The position numbers and the translations under genes are program-made. A DNA stretch of 64,000 nucleotides, from positions 1-64,000 of the forward strand of contig JBAMMA010000006.1 in NCBI GenBank assembly GCA_039794005.1. Direction: 5' to 3'. This document shows, piece after piece, positions 58,500 through 64,000 of this stretch (positions are counted from its first letter, which is position 1; each line of letters opens with the position of its first letter). The notes under the pieces are model-generated. The model was not told the origin of the DNA. It ran no database searches and worked only from the letters and a program-made list of their open reading frames with translations. This DNA comes from Thermoplasmata archaeon (GTDB taxonomy: Archaea > Thermoplasmatota > Thermoplasmata > Thermoplasmatales > ARK-15).

Positions 58500-59765
58500 A
58501 TGAGCATTTTGATTAAAAATGGATTTATCGTAACTCAAAATAAAAACAGAGATATATTTCTTGGGGATATTTATATTGAGGGAAATAGGATAGTGGAAAT
58601 CGGAAAAAATCTATCCTATGAAGCAGAATACAGAATAGATGCCACAAACAATATAATAATCCCGGGGTTGATAAATACTCACACCCATGTTGGAATGGGT
58701 GGATTTAGAGGATTGATTGAGGACATGCAGTTAGACGATTTTTTAAAAAAGACATTCGACCTGGACTCAAAAAGAACAGATGAGGACATATACCATTCAT
58801 CCATGGTCTCCATTGCAGAGATGCTTAGAAATGGGATAACATCATTTTTGGATCTTTATTATTCTGAGGACATTATAGCAAAGGCCGTAAGGGATTCCGG
58901 CATTAGGGGATTTTTGTCTTGGGTCACACTTGATGAAAGGTATACAACGCAGAAGGGAAATCCCCTTAAAAATGCCGAGGATTTTATCATTAAATTCAAA
59001 GGTAATGAAAGGATCTATCCATCAGTTGGCTTTCAAGGCGTATACGTATGTTCTGATGAGACTTTAATGAAGGGAAAAGAAATCGCTGAAAGGCACAATA
59101 CTTTAATGCACATGCATCTGAGCGAAACTAGAAAGGAGGTATACGATTTTCTAAAAAAGACAAATAAAAGACCCGTTGAGCATCTATATGACATTGGATT
59201 TTTAAATGACAGATTAATGGCAGTTCATACTGTATGGATTACGATAAGAGAAGTAAAATTCCTGAGTGAAAAGAGAGTTAATATATCCCACAATCCAGTT
59301 AGTAATATGAAACTTGGCACTGGTGGAGCTTCTCCTATTCCTGAATTGATTAAATACAATGCTAATGTAACACTTGGTACTGATAGCAATACTACAAACA
59401 ATAATCTTGACTTGTTCGATGTGATGAAAACCACAGGGCTTTTGCACAAAAATGAGAGATGGGACGCATCAATTTTAAAGGCCCAGGAAATTTTTGATAT
59501 GGCCACAATAAATGCTGCAAAGGCCCTAAAGATGGAAAACCATTTGGGTTCCATAGAGGAGGGTAAAATGGCAGATATTGCGATCATTGATCCATATCCA
59601 AATGGCATTCCGCTCAGAAAAGATTCTTTAATTCCAAATTTAGTCTATTCAATAAAAGGCCTTAACGTGACAAAAACTATAGTTGATGGAAAAATCGTAA
59701 TGGATAATGGAAAATTGACTTTATACGATATGGAAAAGACAATAAACTTCTTCAAAAATCTTTAA
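58500..59765 (+). CDS. Amidohydrolase (MTA/SAH deaminase-like)
   Basis: Motifs PGLINTHTH, MHLSET, HNPVSNMKL and GTDS. Confidence 0.88.
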   Translation: MSILIKNGFIVTQNKNRDIFLGDIYIEGNRIVEIGKNLSYEAEYRIDATNNIIIPGLINTHTHVGMGGFRGLIEDMQLDDFLKKTFDLDSKRTDEDIYHSSMVSIAEMLRNGITSFLDLYYSEDIIAKAVRDSGIRGFLSWVTLDERYTTQKGNPLKNAEDFIIKFKGNERIYPSVGFQGVYVCSDETLMKGKEIAERHNTLMHMHLSETRKEVYDFLKKTNKRPVEHLYDIGFLNDRLMAVHTVWITIREVKFLSEKRVNISHNPVSNMKLGTGGASPIPELIKYNANVTLGTDSNTTNNNLDLFDVMKTTGLLHKNERWDASILKAQEIFDMATINAAKALKMENHLGSIEEGKMADIAIIDPYPNGIPLRKDSLIPNLVYSIKGLNVTKTIVDGKIVMDNGKLTLYDMEKTINFFKNL

Positions 59766-60957
59766 TCAACTTATAAAAAACCTTTGCATCGTTTACCATA
59801 TTTTTTATAACGCAGTATTCATCTGGACTATGTTCAACAGGTTCTAAAGTTGCCCAGACGACAGCATGATAACCCCTTTTCCTCGCCATTGCCGCTACTG
59901 TTCCACCACCAATGCCTATCAATTTTGGTTCTACTTTCAGTACATCATTTATACTCTTTTTTAAATTTACAACCAATGGTGAACTCTCTGGCGTTTTTGG
60001 AGCAGGGTCGTTTCTCTGAACTGTTTCTAAGGTTATTTCTATTCCATACTTATTTTTGTATGATTCAACAATTTTTATAATCGTATTTAAAACATCATCT
60101 ATTTTATATTCTGGTAGGATCCTCATATCAAAATATACCTTTGCACTTCCAGGAATTGTATTGATATTTTGAACAGCGCTCGACATCATCGTAGGTTCAA
60201 ATGTCGAATATGGGGGTATGAAAACATTATCATAGATATCGAAATTTTTGTGCAATTCCTTGTCTATTTCCATGGAAATTTCAAATAAATATCTTGAGGA
60301 ATTTTTTCCGAGATCTGGCCTTGATCCATGAGACTGTTTCCCAATGACCTTTATTCCTAGCCACAGTATGCCTTTTTCGGCAATCTCTATTTCATCCCCC
60401 TTTTCGTTACCGGCATCTGGAATTATAAAATAATCATCCTTACCAAATTCCTTATAATTTTCCATAACATATTCCATGCCATATTTTGAGCCAACCTCTT
60501 CATCGCTTAATGACATGAAACCTATGTTGTATTTTGGCCTGATCCCATTATCTATTATCGCCTTTATTGCAAAAAGGCCTGCCACCAAATCTTGACCGTT
60601 ATCCTCTGTACCCCTTCCATATATCCTATCATTAACAACGGTGGCCTTGAATGGATCGTAATGCCATTGATTAATATCCCCTTCAGGAACTGTATCCATA
60701 TGGGCTGCAATCCATATCGTCTTTTCCCTAATTTTACCATAATATTTTGCTATAATATTTGGCCTAGTGTAGTTTTTATCATCTATTGCATTCAATTCTT
60801 TTATATAATCAAAACCCATGTTTTCAATGTAATTCTTTATAAATCTAGATCTTTCCCATTCACCATTTCCACCGAGATCCGGGCTTATTGCCTTTATCGG
60901 TATCATTGATGTCATGAATTCTATCATCTCTTCTCTATAATCTTCAATTTCTTTCAT
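59752..60957 (-). CDS. M20 family metallo-hydrolase (DapE/ArgE-like)
   Basis: Motifs HMDTVP, YGRGTEDNG, DEEVGS, GGGT and EHSPDE. Confidence 0.9.
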   Translation of the reverse strand: MKEIEDYREEMIEFMTSMIPIKAISPDLGGNGEWERSRFIKNYIENMGFDYIKELNAIDDKNYTRPNIIAKYYGKIREKTIWIAAHMDTVPEGDINQWHYDPFKATVVNDRIYGRGTEDNGQDLVAGLFAIKAIIDNGIRPKYNIGFMSLSDEEVGSKYGMEYVMENYKEFGKDDYFIIPDAGNEKGDEIEIAEKGILWLGIKVIGKQSHGSRPDLGKNSSRYLFEISMEIDKELHKNFDIYDNVFIPPYSTFEPTMMSSAVQNINTIPGSAKVYFDMRILPEYKIDDVLNTIIKIVESYKNKYGIEITLETVQRNDPAPKTPESSPLVVNLKKSINDVLKVEPKLIGIGGGTVAAMARKRGYHAVVWATLEPVEHSPDEYCVIKNMVNDAKVFYKLIKDF

Positions 60958-61138
60958 ACTTTACACCCTTTTCAGGTAACAAAACTGGGATGCCATCAAT
61001 GATTTCATAATATACATTACAACTTTCGCATAACAATTTTCCAGAAAAAATTTCATTATCCCTCCCAACACTTTCAATAAGTGTGAGAGGGTTTTTGCAC
61101 ACAGGGCATACTATTATTTTTAACGTTTCACTTTTCAT
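60944..61138 (-). CDS. Trm112 methyltransferase activator
   Basis: CPVCK.PL...L.CESC..YEIIDGIPVLLP. Confidence 0.9.
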   Translation of the reverse strand: MKSETLKIIVCPVCKNPLTLIESVGRDNEIFSGKLLCESCNVYYEIIDGIPVLLPEKGVKYERN

Positions 61139-61486
61139 TTATATGCTGTATAACAAATATATTCCATATATTAACGATATTATTGCAATTACCCATAGTA
61201 TACCATTGATGAGTGATTTTCTTTTTATGCCGAGATCGAATATTATTCCCCTTAGGCCATTAAGACCATGGTAAACAACTGCCAATAAAAATCCAATGTA
61301 GAATGCTTTCCACCATGGGTTCTGTATTCTTTGCAAAATAGCCTGAATCGTCAATTCTATAGAACCTTCGACGTGCATTATCCATAGATGAACGCCAAGG
61401 AAAAATACCATAAAAATTGCGGTAATTAATTGCAAAAGCCATGCCAGTGGCGCAATTGATCCTTTTATACTTTCCTGATTTGTCAT
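61139..61486 (-). CDS. sdhD: Succinate dehydrogenase membrane anchor subunit
   Basis: WLLQLITA, YHGLNGLR, three TM helices, and operon position. Confidence 0.9.
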   Translation of the reverse strand: MTNQESIKGSIAPLAWLLQLITAIFMVFFLGVHLWIMHVEGSIELTIQAILQRIQNPWWKAFYIGFLLAVVYHGLNGLRGIIFDLGIKRKSLINGILWVIAIISLIYGIYLLYSI

Positions 61487-61504
61487 TATATATCACCTCA
61501 TTTT

Positions 61505-61915
61505 TTAAGAATGCAGGAATGCATCAACAACAACATAACTCAGCAGAATCCATCCTATTATGCCTAATGCCATCATTATCCAGAAGAATAATTGTCTCTT
61601 CTTTGTTCCAATGCCAAACTCATTTATAACCAACCTAATACCATTTGCGCCATGATAAAATATCACGAGGAATAGCAATATATCGAGTGCAACGAATGGA
61701 GGGCTTTCAACGGTTTTTAGGAAATTCTTGAAATTTGATCCTCCTGTTGATTGTGTCCCTATTAACTGTGATAATGCGGCGAAGTGGATATAAAGGTATA
61801 ACAATATTACAAGACCCGTTAGCCTGTGGAAAAGGAATGCAATTCCATCGGATAAATGCCTTCCTTTCAATTTTATCCAATATAATGAATCCTTTAATGA
61901 CATTTTATTCACCAC
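61505..61915 (-). CDS. sdhC: Succinate dehydrogenase cytochrome b subunit
   Basis: HRLTG, YHGANGIR, three TM helices. Confidence 0.92.
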   Translation of the reverse strand: MVNKMSLKDSLYWIKLKGRHLSDGIAFLFHRLTGLVILLYLYIHFAALSQLIGTQSTGGSNFKNFLKTVESPPFVALDILLFLVIFYHGANGIRLVINEFGIGTKKRQLFFWIMMALGIIGWILLSYVVVDAFLHS

Positions 61916-62654
61916 CTTTTATGTGGAATATTCTCTTTAATTCATATGCTGCTGCCTGAACCTTTAGCTTTTGAATTGCGGTTGCAGGATCTATCTCCTT
62001 TGGACATGCATTGGAACATTCAGATGAGAAGTGGCATCTCCAACAACCCTCTGGGTCGCTCACTATCGCCAGCCTTAAATTTTTACCCTGGTCCCTGCTA
62101 TCTGCATTGAACCTGTATGCGGCAGTTAATGCAGCAGGGCCCAGATAATTCGGATCGCTATTTGATATTGGACATGCTGCTGTACATGCACCGCATTTTA
62201 TACATAATGTTAAAATATAATATTTTTTCAATTCCTTTGGATATTGCAATAATTGACCTTCTGGATTGTCCTTCCTGATCAAATATGGTTTAACATTTTC
62301 ATGCTTCCTGAAAAATTCATCGAAATCAACAACAAGATCCCTAATCCATTTAAATGCGGCACCTTGTAAAGGTTCGATTATGAACACCTTTTTGCCATTC
62401 TCAATTTTTGCGGGCTCAATCTTTGAAAATAATGTGGAACATGTGGTCCTTGGGAAATTATTTACCATCATTGCACATGAACCGCAAACTTCCATACGGC
62501 ATGATGCCCTGAAAGAGAGTGAATGGTCTATGTTATCCCTGACATAAAAAAGGCCGTCAAGTACCGTAGTGTCCTTTTCAATGGGGATTTCATAATCTTT
62601 ATATTCCCAGTGTGATGGATCTCCCCTTTTTATCCTTAATATTATGTTCTCCAT
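61905..62654 (-). CDS. sdhB: Succinate dehydrogenase iron-sulfur subunit
   Basis: SCRMEVCGSC, CIKCGAC...CP and CH....C...CP. Confidence 0.96.
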   Translation of the reverse strand: MENIILRIKRGDPSHWEYKDYEIPIEKDTTVLDGLFYVRDNIDHSLSFRASCRMEVCGSCAMMVNNFPRTTCSTLFSKIEPAKIENGKKVFIIEPLQGAAFKWIRDLVVDFDEFFRKHENVKPYLIRKDNPEGQLLQYPKELKKYYILTLCIKCGACTAACPISNSDPNYLGPAALTAAYRFNADSRDQGKNLRLAIVSDPEGCWRCHFSSECSNACPKEIDPATAIQKLKVQAAAYELKRIFHIKGGE

Positions 62655-62663
62655 ATTATCACC

Positions 62664-64000
62664 TCAATATTTCCTCTCTTCTGGCTGCCACTTCGTAACC
62701 CTTACAGGTATGTATGACAGTTCAATCTTTCCATCCCTCTTAATCGCTATGGTATGCTTCATCCAATTAACATCATCCCTCTTTGGATAATCGGTTCTAT
62801 AATGAGCTCCTCTGCTCTCTTTTCTTGCGATTGCACCCAATATTACTACTTCCGCAACCTCCAACAAATTGCTCAATTCTAAATATGTTACCAAATTCAT
62901 GTTGTAAAACATATTTTTATCTTCAACGTAAACGTTTTCAAACCTCTTTTGTAATTCCTTTACCTTTTGCAATGCATCTGTCAAATCCTTTTCATTCCTG
63001 AATATTCCAACCTTTTCTTGCATGGTGTTTTGCAGCTCCTTTCTAAGGCTTGCAACACTTTCAGAACCTCTCTCCTTGAAAGGTTCTTTGAATATTCTGT
63101 TTTCTTCTTCCTTTACCCTTTGCATGTTCAATTCTGGTATGTTTGAAACCTTCTGAACATATTTTGCAGCTGAAACACCTGTTATATCTCCATATGCAAG
63201 GCACTCCGCCGTTGAATTTGATCCCAGCCTGTTTGCACCGTGTATGCTAACACATGCCGCCTCACCTGCGGCAAAAATACCTGGTATTGGAGACATTCCA
63301 TCTATATCCACCTGGATACCACCCATTGTATAATGTGCCGCAGGCCTTACAGGTATTGGTTCTTTTGCAGGATCTATGCCATTAAACTTTATTGTCAAAT
63401 CCCTTATGGCAGGCAATCTCTCCTTTATCTCTTCATCACCTAAATGCCTTAAGTCCAACAATACATATGGACCCCATGGGCCTTCGAATCCTCTTCCGGC
63501 CTGAATTTCCCACATGATTGACCTTGACACCACATCCCTCGGCGCAAGTTCCTTTTTCTGTGGAGCATACCTCTGCATAAATCTTTCTCCATCCTTATTT
63601 ATTAAATAACCGCCTTCTCCCCTGGCACCTTCTGTTATAAGAATACCAGAAGGAACAAGGCCTGTTGGATGGAATTGAACAAATTCCATATCCTCCAGAA
63701 GCATTCCAGCCCTCAGTGCCATTGCAGCTCCATCACCTGTAACAGTATGTGAATAAGTTGTGAATGGGTACAACCTTCCAAGACCGCCTGTTGCTATAAG
63801 CAACCCTTTTCCCTGGAATATTTCATATTCACCTGTTTTCATGTTTATGGCAGTCAATGCATTAAATCTTCCATTATCAATGATTATTGATGTGGCAAAA
63901 TATTCCTGAAACTTTTCAACACCATCATATGTCAAAAGCCTTTCATAAAGGGTATGCATAGCATGGAATCCTGTTCTGTCTGCAGCGTATGTTGCCCTTG
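62664..64000 (-). CDS. sdhA: Succinate dehydrogenase flavoprotein subunit (5' part lies beyond the window)
   Basis: QFHPTG, EGARGEGG, HYTMGG, HGANRLGSNS and ESRGAH. The frame is open to the window edge. Confidence 0.96.
   Translation of the reverse strand, partial: RATYAADRTGFHAMHTLYERLLTYDGVEKFQEYFATSIIIDNGRFNALTAINMKTGEYEIFQGKGLLIATGGLGRLYPFTTYSHTVTGDGAAMALRAGMLLEDMEFVQFHPTGLVPSGILITEGARGEGGYLINKDGERFMQRYAPQKKELAPRDVVSRSIMWEIQAGRGFEGPWGPYVLLDLRHLGDEEIKERLPAIRDLTIKFNGIDPAKEPIPVRPAAHYTMGGIQVDIDGMSPIPGIFAAGEAACVSIHGANRLGSNSTAECLAYGDITGVSAAKYVQKVSNIPELNMQRVKEEENRIFKEPFKERGSESVASLRKELQNTMQEKVGIFRNEKDLTDALQKVKELQKRFENVYVEDKNMFYNMNLVTYLELSNLLEVAEVVILGAIARKESRGAHYRTDYPKRDDVNWMKHTIAIKRDGKIELSYIPVRVTKWQPEERKY

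Noticed and set aside
1468-63443. Numerous antisense ORFs (e.g. 3183-3770, 4005-4646, 14387-15133, 55173-55682)
   Set aside because: They are Ser/Ile/Phe-rich mirror frames of well-supported genes on the opposite strand.

Overview
This is an AT-rich archaeal chromosomal window. It most likely comes from a thermophilic member of the Thermoplasmata (Aciduliprofundum-like or a related hot-spring lineage), based on an HTa-type HU protein, a Thermoplasma-type citrate synthase, an unlinked 23S rRNA gene, reverse gyrase and archaeal ether-lipid genes. Most of the window is tightly packed housekeeping genes: hisS, ADP-forming acyl-CoA synthetase, moaC, Sec61-beta, ctaB, class II RNR, the RPA pair, Lhr and Hef helicases, pyrDEK, carS, GGGPS and DGGGPS, WtpABC, rgy and sdhABCD. 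It also holds three tRNAs (Glu, iMet, Val), RNase P RNA and the 5' part of the 23S rRNA. Accessory or eroded patches lie at about 8.1-10.4 kb (IS256 and IS1634 remnants plus a helically phased T-tract array), about 19.9-22.4 kb (an IS-truncated pilin plus two secreted proteins resembling thread-type filament subunits), about 36.9-38.7 kb (debris after tRNA-Val, including a possible TnpB fragment) and about 41.8-42.8 kb. The best candidates for undescribed biology are (i) a putative thread-like donor-strand pilus pair (major subunit plus adhesin with an inserted domain), (ii) a head-to-head pair of a catalytically degenerate M24 peptidase and a T7-loop-degenerate FtsZ homologue, and (iii) an orphan soluble HerA/VirD4-like ATPase with a small coiled-coil partner. 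All family calls come from motif recognition by eye; no database search was run.
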